Shown one piece after another: positions 8,933 through 16,056 of a stretch of 20,000 bases of DNA. The stretch is taken from IMG/VR virus record IMGVR_UViG_3300020463_003402; one strand, 5' to 3'. How positions within the stretch are numbered: position 1 is the stretch's first letter; each line of letters opens with the position of its first letter. The DNA comes from an uncultured virus (IMG/VR IMGVR_UViG_3300020463_003402) (Duplodnaviria; Heunggongvirae; Uroviricota; Caudoviricetes). Made by a program: the position numbers and the translations under genes. Below the pieces are notes generated by a model. That model was not told the DNA's origin and searched no databases. It was given only the letters and a program-made list of their open reading frames with translations.

Positions 8933-9538
8933 ATACTTAACGGTATTAAATATGACTTTTTAACCCCTGAAATCTTTGCTAAATTTTTTAGCGATATTAC
9001 TGACTTCAGAACCGCTTTTGACTTACCAATAAATGAAGACTTCACTACGGAATCCCTAAGCCTACACTTCGACTTATATCGCGAAGAAATGCGGGAGCTT
9101 TTCAGTGCTACGAATCGGGTTGAGAAACTTGATGCGGTTATCGATAGTTTGTATGTACTTTTTGGCAAGTATGTTCAGTTCAATTGTGCATTAGAAACCA
9201 TACACGCTTGGGAATTGAACGTAATAGAAACACTCCTATCTTCATCCGAAGAGGCTGAATTCGATATCCTAAAAGGATGGGATATCGTTCATCACTCGAA
9301 TATGAGTAAGCTATGTAACGACGATAACGTGCAAGCGACACTCGACCACTACACCGAATTGGGTGTTAGTGTTGAAGCAAAACCTGTAACACTTACCAAT
9401 AAAAATAAAAATGAAGGTACCGCACTCTGGGCCGTAAAGGTTAAAGAAGAAAGTACGGACCTAGATGGTAAAAGCTATGCTGCTGGCAAAGTGCTTAAGT
9501 CTGTTGATTACACCCCTGCAGACCTAAGTAAACTTTGA
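8930..9538 (+). CDS. MazG-like all-alpha NTP pyrophosphohydrolase (PRA-PH/DR2231-like)
   Basis: EExxE (REEMRE), DAVIDSLYV, VHHSNMSK, GKVLKS..Y.PADL. Confidence 0.85.
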   Translation: MILNGIKYDFLTPEIFAKFFSDITDFRTAFDLPINEDFTTESLSLHFDLYREEMRELFSATNRVEKLDAVIDSLYVLFGKYVQFNCALETIHAWELNVIETLLSSSEEAEFDILKGWDIVHHSNMSKLCNDDNVQATLDHYTELGVSVEAKPVTLTNKNKNEGTALWAVKVKEESTDLDGKSYAAGKVLKSVDYTPADLSKL

Positions 9539-9544
9539 TGAAGT

Positions 9545-9565
9545 CGGCCCTCACTTAGAGGGCCG
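9545..9565 (+). terminator. Intergenic hairpin (weak U tract)
   Basis: CGGCCCTC-ACTTA-GAGGGCCG, perfect 8-bp stem after the stop codon. Confidence 0.45.
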
Positions 9566-9574
9566 CTACAATTT

Positions 9575-9591
9575 GGATTAAATTGACGATG
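9575..9591 (+). promoter_or_regulatory. Leader motif variant GGATTAAATTGACGATG
   Basis: 12-nt core AAATTGACGATG ends in ATG 9589. Confidence 0.8.
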
Positions 9592-12500
9592 GCTAACCAA
9601 GTAGAACAAAAGTTTTACCTGACACTGTTTACCAACTCCACAGGAGTGCTCACCAAAGAGCTACGAATGGAGCACGGTAAAATTATAAGTGACGCACCTA
9701 AGATGGTGACAGGTACCGCAAAACGCGTAGAACTAACATTAACTGAACTGCCGGACTTTATAAAAAGCCTAGAGCCTAACCAGTGCTTTACCCCTGGTGT
9801 TATGGATACGGACCACGAGTTTGTAGAGGTTCTAACGAGTAACGAGTTTGAGCGCCGTGGTTATGAATATCCCGTGCACGTAGACGAGACCGGTGTATAT
9901 GGTACCCGTTCCTCTAAGTCTATGATCACAAAAGGCCCTAGCCTTGTTCTGTTCGATTACGATAAAGACGACCATGCCAAGCTGAAAATAGAAGGCCCTG
10001 AAGAATTTCTAACGCATCTAAATAGCGCGGTTCCAGAATTAGAACTAAACAACACCGACTATATTAGAACGTACAGTACCTCTACCTCATTATTCGATAA
10101 AGAAACCGATAAAGTAATTCGCCCTGCGGATGGCTTCCATATCTATATGTTGGTTGATAAAGGTGAGGATATTTCTCGGTTCGGTAAGATGCTTGAGAAA
10201 CGCTGCTGGATGGCGGGTTTAGGTCACATCAAAGTAAGCGCAAGCGGTGGACGATTACCAAGAACGATTTTTGATACCTCAGTTTTTCAGCCTGAACGTT
10301 TATGTTTTGAAGCTGGCGCATTCATAAAAGTACAAGAATCGTTCTACCAGAAATTACCAAAAGGCGAGATTAACCGCAAAAGCAATCGCTCATTAAAAAC
10401 TACAACGCTTAAAGACTACACCCCGACACAAGATAAAGAATTCCGCCGCGTTGTTGAGCTAGAAAAGCAATCTGAAGCCGTTATAAGCCGCGTGTCAGAG
10501 TTTAGAGAAATCAAAGTTCAGCGAATGGTGAACACGACTCACTATACGCAAATGCCTCTGTCTCGCGATGATGCAATGAAGATAGTGAAGGCCCATGAAA
10601 ACAAAATACTTCACCCTGCGGATGTTCTTGAGTTTGAAGATGGTCGTATTACTAGTGTACTCGAAGCGTTCTTAAACCCTACGCTTTATGATGGGGCTCA
10701 GCTGCAAGACCCTTTACGCCCTGAGAAAGGTTATTCAAAAGCTAAGTTCTACGCTAACGCTGGCCGATATGGGGACTACAATCCTACTATCCACTCGTTT
10801 GTAGAGGGTGAACGTAACTTTGAGCTGCGTGAGTCTATTGAAACCTTTATGAGTAAGACTGAGGCCACTGAATCTAGGCTTGAGGAATTCGATTCTAAAG
10901 CTACGGTTATTGACCAACGCTATTTACCAGAGCTAAAACTACGCCCAGGTATCACACTGGTAAAAAGTGATAAAGGTACCGGTAAAACGTTTATGTTGAA
11001 GAATCAGGTAAAAGATACCGAGGTCCGTGTTATAGCTATCAGCCACCTTATCTCATTGGTTAATACACTTTCAAAGCAGTTCAATCTTGCAGACTATAAC
11101 GAAATAGAAAGCGAACGGTTGCACTCGTTACGGATGCAGAAGCGCTTAGGTATTTGCCTTAACTCGATATACAAGCTGCAAGGCCAGAACTACGACATTG
11201 TGATCATGGATGAGGTTTGTCAGCTGGTTCGGGCGATTAAAGCTAACACGGTAGATAAGCCAGCGGCGTGTTTGAAAGTGCTTCGTGAAATTATTGCTGG
11301 GGCTAAGTTCGTAGTCTGTATGGACGCGGATTTGAATAAAGAGTTTGTGGACCTAATGAGAGACCCGCAATTTGGTATTCTCCCTGAAGACCGCACGATT
11401 AACGTTATTGTTAATAAATACCGTCCCGCGAAGGAACAACAGCGACAAGTGACCTTGTACCAAGATACCGATGGTAAAGGGGATACTTCAGCGTTCGTAG
11501 AAGCTTTGATGTGTGAGGCCAAGACTACAGGCCTATTCTATGCTTCGAATTCTAAAGTGGATGTGCTTAAGAAAGCGGCCACGATTATTGAGGAAATGGG
11601 TGGGGATAGTCAGCTAGAGCATGAACACTTCATGACGGAGATTAATGGTCGTCGTGTTATCACCATAACGAGTAACAATTCTCAGACACCGGATGTACAA
11701 GCCTTTATTCGTGATTTGAATGGCAACTTAAAAGACGATGATATTTTTATGTCTTCACCTTCTATGGGTACCGGCCACTCAATCGATGCGACTGAAATGG
11801 GTGCGAAGTTTAAAAAGACGTTCGCGTTTTTCACAAAGATGGCGGGTAATTTACCTTCGGATTGTTTGCAGCATATGAGCCGCGTTCGTGAGTGTACCGA
11901 CTACCATATTATGTACCTTGATAATGCGAGACGTTACCCTACCGCGCCTTTAGAAATCGTTCAAAAAGAGATATACGGAAATCGTAACACCATAGATAAC
12001 AAACTAAGTGTGCAGTTTATTTCTGAATATGATTATGCAACCGAACGTTTGAAAATAAATGACCATGGTTGGTCAGACTGGTATGGCCAACTCAAGAGTT
12101 TTGAAAATAATAAACTCAATCACTTTTCTAAAAATTTGATAAACGCTTTAGAAAATGAAGGTTACAACATCAACACGCTTTATACGCTGGCCTCTGAAGA
12201 AGGCTACAATTTGAAAATGCTAATGGATGAACTAACAGATCAGATTCGAGAAGTTGAAAAACAAAAGCTTAGGGATACTGAGCTGTTAACGGACGAAGAA
12301 TTTGAAATTTTAGATAACCAGACTTTGAAAAACGCAGAGGAACAACGCCAGCTACTTAAGAAACGCCAAGCGCGACTCTTTGGCCTCGAGGCTGGGGATG
12401 AACTGAACGATGTAGTTACTATGTCAACACAGGCTCTCAATGGTAGACGCAAGGGTTTGATGCTGGGTGCTAACAATGACGACCTGTTCCTTATCGATAT

Positions 12501-13092
12501 GATTAACCGCTTTGATACTAAGCGACACGATAAAGATAAAACGGCGTTTGCAGACCACCAAGGCTTGGGCCGTGGCTTCTTCTACCATTTAGGTGTGATA
12601 TTTCTAAATGATATCCCCACCTACGATGGCCGAGAAATAACGGATTTAGAAAAAGATCGTGCTTTTGATTTTCTATTAGCCCATGCAAGGGATTTAGAAA
12701 TCCTTCAAGGTATTCGAATCCCATTATGTGATACCGACAAGAAGCGTCATGAGTTCGTTCGCCGCGTTCTTACTTCGTTTGGTATGAAATATCGTAGAGA
12801 AAAGAAACGTGTAGGTGTCCGTTCAGTTTATAAATATTATTTAGATGATGAACGTTTTAATCGCTGGGTTGAGGATGTGAGAAGGGCTAAAGAGCTCTCC
12901 CACAGTACGATGTTCACAGGTCTTGAAGAAGTGCCAGGAAATTTGAAAGCCTATGTATTTCAAGCTTTGGCTGGGTCTCCGCAAGTTTCTGAATTACATC
13001 CATATATTTCTAAATTACATCCAGAAATTCAAAACCGACTTATCAACTTACTTAATAATAAATTGTTTGTCGTTACTACTAACGTTGCATAA
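9589..13092 (+). CDS. Replication protein: N-terminal AEP-like primase fused to SF2 helicase of the herpes UL9 origin-binding/CyRepA1 type
   Basis: AEP-like motifs LFDYD (9949-9963), GFHIY (10132), IFDTSV. Helicase motifs SDKGTGKT (10966-10989), ISHLISL, ICLNSI, YDIVIMDEV, CMDAD, SPSMGTGHSID, QHMSRVR. Confidence 0.8.
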   Translation: MANQVEQKFYLTLFTNSTGVLTKELRMEHGKIISDAPKMVTGTAKRVELTLTELPDFIKSLEPNQCFTPGVMDTDHEFVEVLTSNEFERRGYEYPVHVDETGVYGTRSSKSMITKGPSLVLFDYDKDDHAKLKIEGPEEFLTHLNSAVPELELNNTDYIRTYSTSTSLFDKETDKVIRPADGFHIYMLVDKGEDISRFGKMLEKRCWMAGLGHIKVSASGGRLPRTIFDTSVFQPERLCFEAGAFIKVQESFYQKLPKGEINRKSNRSLKTTTLKDYTPTQDKEFRRVVELEKQSEAVISRVSEFREIKVQRMVNTTHYTQMPLSRDDAMKIVKAHENKILHPADVLEFEDGRITSVLEAFLNPTLYDGAQLQDPLRPEKGYSKAKFYANAGRYGDYNPTIHSFVEGERNFELRESIETFMSKTEATESRLEEFDSKATVIDQRYLPELKLRPGITLVKSDKGTGKTFMLKNQVKDTEVRVIAISHLISLVNTLSKQFNLADYNEIESERLHSLRMQKRLGICLNSIYKLQGQNYDIVIMDEVCQLVRAIKANTVDKPAACLKVLREIIAGAKFVVCMDADLNKEFVDLMRDPQFGILPEDRTINVIVNKYRPAKEQQRQVTLYQDTDGKGDTSAFVEALMCEAKTTGLFYASNSKVDVLKKAATIIEEMGGDSQLEHEHFMTEINGRRVITITSNNSQTPDVQAFIRDLNGNLKDDDIFMSSPSMGTGHSIDATEMGAKFKKTFAFFTKMAGNLPSDCLQHMSRVRECTDYHIMYLDNARRYPTAPLEIVQKEIYGNRNTIDNKLSVQFISEYDYATERLKINDHGWSDWYGQLKSFENNKLNHFSKNLINALENEGYNINTLYTLASEEGYNLKMLMDELTDQIREVEKQKLRDTELLTDEEFEILDNQTLKNAEEQRQLLKKRQARLFGLEAGDELNDVVTMSTQALNGRRKGLMLGANNDDLFLIDMINRFDTKRHDKDKTAFADHQGLGRGFFYHLGVIFLNDIPTYDGREITDLEKDRAFDFLLAHARDLEILQGIRIPLCDTDKKRHEFVRRVLTSFGMKYRREKKRVGVRSVYKYYLDDERFNRWVEDVRRAKELSHSTMFTGLEEVPGNLKAYVFQALAGSPQVSELHPYISKLHPEIQNRLINLLNNKLFVVTTNVA

Positions 13093-13113
13093 CGCTGTAT
13101 TATTAAGCATAAT
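13085..13113 (+). promoter_or_regulatory. Putative sigma70 promoter
   Basis: TTGCAT(13085-90)-N17-CATAAT(13108-13); overlapped by the inverted repeat GTATTAT-N5-ATAATAC. Confidence 0.45.
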
Positions 13114-13138
13114 ACCTATTAATTAATATAATAATTAT

Positions 13139-13162
13139 AAAGGCTCCACTAGGAGCCTTTTT
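13139..13162 (+). terminator. Intrinsic terminator
   Basis: AAAGGCTCC-ACTA-GGAGCCTTT with a run of 5 T. Confidence 0.7.
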
Positions 13163-13185
13163 AAATATGAATTGACGAGTTGAGC

Positions 13186-13692
13186 ATGGATAACGCCACT
13201 TTTGGAATTGAAGGTGTAAGCCTTAAATATAATTCTAAAAAATTACAATTTGAAAAACCTATCCATTGCTGGCTTTGGGTGGTCACCTATTGTCGTAAAA
13301 ATAAATTCCGAATCTTAACTAACAAACCGTTAAGTAGGGAGATTTATGAGCAACTTCGTGCGGTTATTTCTCCTAAGAAAGTCAGCTCAAGAGAACTATA
13401 CGATGCGATAGGCTTTCACGTTAATTCTATAAAATACCTCAATCGTATTCGTACTGGTGCCCAGCGCTTTAACCTCTGGGGAAAGCCTGACGGTAGAGTA
13501 ACCGAATCCGAAGCCGACCATGCTCGTAAGAGAATGGTTGAACTACATTCTATGTACTTACGCTCTCGACGTAAGAACAAGAAGCAAGGGATTATCATAA
13601 ATCAGAAAGTGGGACGCGGCACACGCCAGTCAACATCAGATGATAAAGGTGATAAACCTAAAAGAGTATTAACTCTAAATAAAACAAAATAA
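13186..13692 (+). CDS. proQ: FinO/ProQ-domain RNA-binding protein
   Basis: KPLSREIYEQL...SSRELYDAIGFHVNSIKYL...GAQRFNLWGKPDGRVTESEADHAR aligns by eye to the ProQ core PLKIGIFQDL...SKTQLRSALRLYTSSWRYL...[24 protein letters not shown]. Basic C-tail. Start is ATG 13186 or TTG 13180. Confidence 0.85.
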   Translation: MDNATFGIEGVSLKYNSKKLQFEKPIHCWLWVVTYCRKNKFRILTNKPLSREIYEQLRAVISPKKVSSRELYDAIGFHVNSIKYLNRIRTGAQRFNLWGKPDGRVTESEADHARKRMVELHSMYLRSRRKNKKQGIIINQKVGRGTRQSTSDDKGDKPKRVLTLNKTK

Positions 13693-13703
13693 GTTTTATA
13701 CAA

Positions 13704-13724
13704 TTAGGAAATTGACGATGCAAA
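13704..13724 (+). repeat. Extended leader repeat TTAGGAAATTGACGATGCAAA
   Basis: Identical 21-mer also at 14501-14521 and 15017-15037. Confidence 0.92.
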
Positions 13725-14125
13725 ACACTGGTAAACCCTCCGAAGATATCTTCGAAGAGAATATGAAAGCGCTGGGCGCTCATGTATATCGCTTCGAAGA
13801 TCATGCTGATGTAAACAAGTCTCGCGTTCGCAAACGTATCGTTTCATCAAAACCCTCAGACTATCTTGTTACCGAAAAAGGTTTAACGGCCTACGCGGAA
13901 GTAAAAAGTATTGCTGAAAGTTCCCGCTTTGATTTCTCTCGAATTGAGAAACGTCAATGGCGCGAAGCAACCAAGGTAACCAAAGCTGGGGGCCTCTACT
14001 ATTTCTACCTCCATTTCATAAGTATTGATGGCTGGTTTAAAGTACCAGCATCCCTAATTCTAAGCTGGCCTAAGAAGTCTATGCGTTTTGAAGAACTCAC
14101 GCAGTTTCAATTTACGTGGAGATAA
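13718..14125 (+). CDS. PD-(D/E)xK nuclease, RecU-like Holliday junction resolvase
   Basis: GKPSE N-helix, KPSDYLV, YAEVKS, Q..EA......GG. Confidence 0.75.
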   Translation: MQNTGKPSEDIFEENMKALGAHVYRFEDHADVNKSRVRKRIVSSKPSDYLVTEKGLTAYAEVKSIAESSRFDFSRIEKRQWREATKVTKAGGLYYFYLHFISIDGWFKVPASLILSWPKKSMRFEELTQFQFTWR

Positions 14126-14129
14126 ACCT

Positions 14130-14504
14130 ATGCTTGAGGTTACTTGTGGATGGGCCTTACACGCTGAAACTGAGATTAATACTTTAATTTGGAGGAATGC
14201 TAGGCTGGCAAAGCTGGTTTTGTTGTGGCGAAGAGGACATATAACAGACCAGCATTTTATACCCCGAATTGTTCAACCTTGGGAACCAGATGAAGAATCC
14301 GAAGAGTTTGAGGACTTCAATGAACTTAGGAACCCTAATGCGGCTTACCGAGTTTTATGCTTTGCTGTGCTGGGACACGCTGTTAGTGTCTATCCAGATA
14401 TTAAAAGATTTGTACTCGAATACTGGCCATACTTTAGCCCAGATTTGAACTGGAAAATTAGAGTTAACTTTACTGAGGGCCAAGTCCCCTCAATTATTAT
14501 TTAG
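14130..14504 (+). CDS. Hypothetical protein (Trp-rich)
   Basis: ATG 14130 after GGAGA; its TAG lies inside the next leader motif. Confidence 0.65.
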   Translation: MLEVTCGWALHAETEINTLIWRNARLAKLVLLWRRGHITDQHFIPRIVQPWEPDEESEEFEDFNELRNPNAAYRVLCFAVLGHAVSVYPDIKRFVLEYWPYFSPDLNWKIRVNFTEGQVPSIII

Positions 14505-14521
14505 GAAATTGACGATGCAAA
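14497..14521 (+). repeat. 25-bp leader repeat TTATTTAGGAAATTGACGATGCAAA, copy 1
   Basis: Identical to 15013-15037. Confidence 0.93.
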
Positions 14522-15003
14522 AAACAGTTTTAGACCCTTGTTCAGGGTCTCGTATGTGGTGGTTGGATAAAGCTCACCACTCCGCAGTATATGGGGATAT
14601 TAGAAACGAGACCATAACTGTTACGGATAGAACGCATAAATCGGATGGGACTCGAACTATAAAAATTGAACCCGACACTTTAATGGATTTTAGAGAACTT
14701 CCTTTTGCGGATAACACTTTCAACATTGTAGCTTTCGACCCACCTCATTTAGAGAGAGCAGGTCCTAAAAGTTGGCTTGCCGCAAAATATGGTAAATTAG
14801 GTAATGATTGGAGAGAAGATTTGAACAAAGGATTCAAGGAGTGCTTAAGAGTTTTGAAACCTGGGGGAACGCTTGTTTTCAAATGGAATGAAACTCAAAT
14901 AAAACTCAAAGAGATACTTCCTCTATGTCCAGTTAAACCACTATTTGGGCAAGTTTCAGGCCGTTCTGGTTTAACTCACTTTTTAGTTTTCATGAAACCA
15001 TAG
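14515..15003 (+). CDS. Small class I SAM-dependent methyltransferase (DPPH catalytic motif, probably an amino/adenine DNA MTase)
   Basis: VLDPCSGSRM, DFRELPFADNTF, AFDPPHL, LRVLKPGGTLVFKW. Confidence 0.85.
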   Translation: MQKTVLDPCSGSRMWWLDKAHHSAVYGDIRNETITVTDRTHKSDGTRTIKIEPDTLMDFRELPFADNTFNIVAFDPPHLERAGPKSWLAAKYGKLGNDWREDLNKGFKECLRVLKPGGTLVFKWNETQIKLKEILPLCPVKPLFGQVSGRSGLTHFLVFMKP

Positions 15004-15012
15004 CATAAACTT

Positions 15013-15037
15013 TTATTTAGGAAATTGACGATGCAAA
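15013..15037 (+). repeat. 25-bp leader repeat, copy 2
   Basis: Identical to 14497-14521; contains the ATG of the SbcD-like gene. Confidence 0.93.
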
Positions 15038-16056
15038 TGCAACCAATCGAATCGCTTAACGATTTAGTTAAACTCCCCTCTTTTGTACAGACGTTAGGTG
15101 ACCCGCACCTAGCACGTAAATTTAATACCGGCGTACCAACACACCGCAAAGGTGAGCGCGAAGAAATGGTGAAAGATACCTTTGCGGGTATTGTTAATTC
15201 GCCAGGGTATAAGCTTCACGTTTGTATGGGAGACTTGTTTGATAAGTTTCGCGTTCCTGAAGAAGATATTTTATTTGCGGCCGACGTTTATCGTCTCGCG
15301 GCCAGTAATTATCCTGACCGTCAGTTCGTGATAATTCGCGGCAACCATGACGCTTCGAGAGATACCCAGTTCAAAAGCTCGTTTGATGTATTTACACAGC
15401 TTGTGGCTCACGTTCCGAATATTCATGTTGTTTCAGAAAGCGCACTCAAACTAACCATTGATAAAGAGCACTTTGTTTTCTACCCGTGGCACCCTTTTAA
15501 AACTGCGAAAGAAATTGCGGCAGAGATTAAGCCACCGGTAGGTTTCTTCGCCTTTGGTCATTGGGACATTCTTGCTTTTAGTGAAGATAGCTCAGCGACA
15601 GATAACTTGATCCCGTTTGAAGAAATGCAAACAGCACTTGCGGTTATCACTGGCCACTATCATACCCCCCGTATTTTTATGGAAGGTGATACGCCAGTCT
15701 GGGTTACCGGCTCTATGCAACCCTACTCGCATGCCGAGGACCCAAACAACCAGCTCTACATAACGCTCTCGCTTCAAGAAGCAACCACGGCCTTAGAAGC
15801 TGACCCTGATAAGTTCAAAAACATGAACCTTCGAATCACGCTTCTACCAACGGAGGCCCCGATTGCTGAAGTGGATTGTTTGAGCCTGACTTTCAAACGT
15901 GTGTCGGAAAATAAAGACGACGAACTGGAAGTTAATCTCGATAGCTTCGACTTAGAAGGTATCTTCAAATCGACAATGGCGGAACACAACGTTTCAACTG
16001 AAACTACGAATCAACTTTGGGGCCAGTTTATGGACCTAAGCGCGGAGGCTGAATAA
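15031..16056 (+). CDS. sbcD: SbcD/Mre11-like metallophosphoesterase nuclease
   Basis: GDPH, GDLFD, GNHD, GHW, GHYH, TGS; coupled (TAATG) to an SMC-like ATPase. Confidence 0.88.
   Translation: MQMQPIESLNDLVKLPSFVQTLGDPHLARKFNTGVPTHRKGEREEMVKDTFAGIVNSPGYKLHVCMGDLFDKFRVPEEDILFAADVYRLAASNYPDRQFVIIRGNHDASRDTQFKSSFDVFTQLVAHVPNIHVVSESALKLTIDKEHFVFYPWHPFKTAKEIAAEIKPPVGFFAFGHWDILAFSEDSSATDNLIPFEEMQTALAVITGHYHTPRIFMEGDTPVWVTGSMQPYSHAEDPNNQLYITLSLQEATTALEADPDKFKNMNLRITLLPTEAPIAEVDCLSLTFKRVSENKDDELEVNLDSFDLEGIFKSTMAEHNVSTETTNQLWGQFMDLSAEAE

Noticed and set aside
4897..9538. 2-aminoadenine (Z-genome) system: DpoZ plus MazZ
   Set aside because: No PurZ or HD-domain DatZ in the window. The pyrophosphatase looks DR2231/PRA-PH-like, and adenine MTases plus integration argue for canonical DNA.
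13095..13110. Possible LexA box CTGTATTATTAAGCAT (also CTG...CAG at 8837-8855)
   Set aside because: The right half-site lacks CAG in the first case, and the spacing is 19 rather than 16 bp in the second.
13718..15003. PD-(D/E)xK nuclease plus nearby MTase as a type II restriction-modification system
   Set aside because: The nuclease is short and resolvase-like and sits in a recombination context. The MTase is separated from it by another gene and has its own repeat-bounded cassette.
3477..15030. TTGACG within the leader motif as a sigma70 -35 box
   Set aside because: In the five exact copies no consistent -10 hexamer lies 16-18 bp downstream, and the fixed position relative to ATG argues for a translation-start or recombination role.
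3477..15033. ORF-track starts 'MTM...' at TTG (3477, 8924, 9583, 13712, 14509, 15025) and 'MEID' (18113, 18535)
   Set aside because: These are artefacts of the leader motif (TTG ACG ATG in frame). The SD spacing fits the downstream ATG, and RdgC homology begins at that ATG.
13704..15037. Leader repeats as a CRISPR array or integron attC sites
   Set aside because: Spacing is hundreds of bp and gene-sized, the repeats are non-palindromic, there are no cas genes, and there is no RYYYAAC/GTTRRRY attC structure or integron-type integrase.
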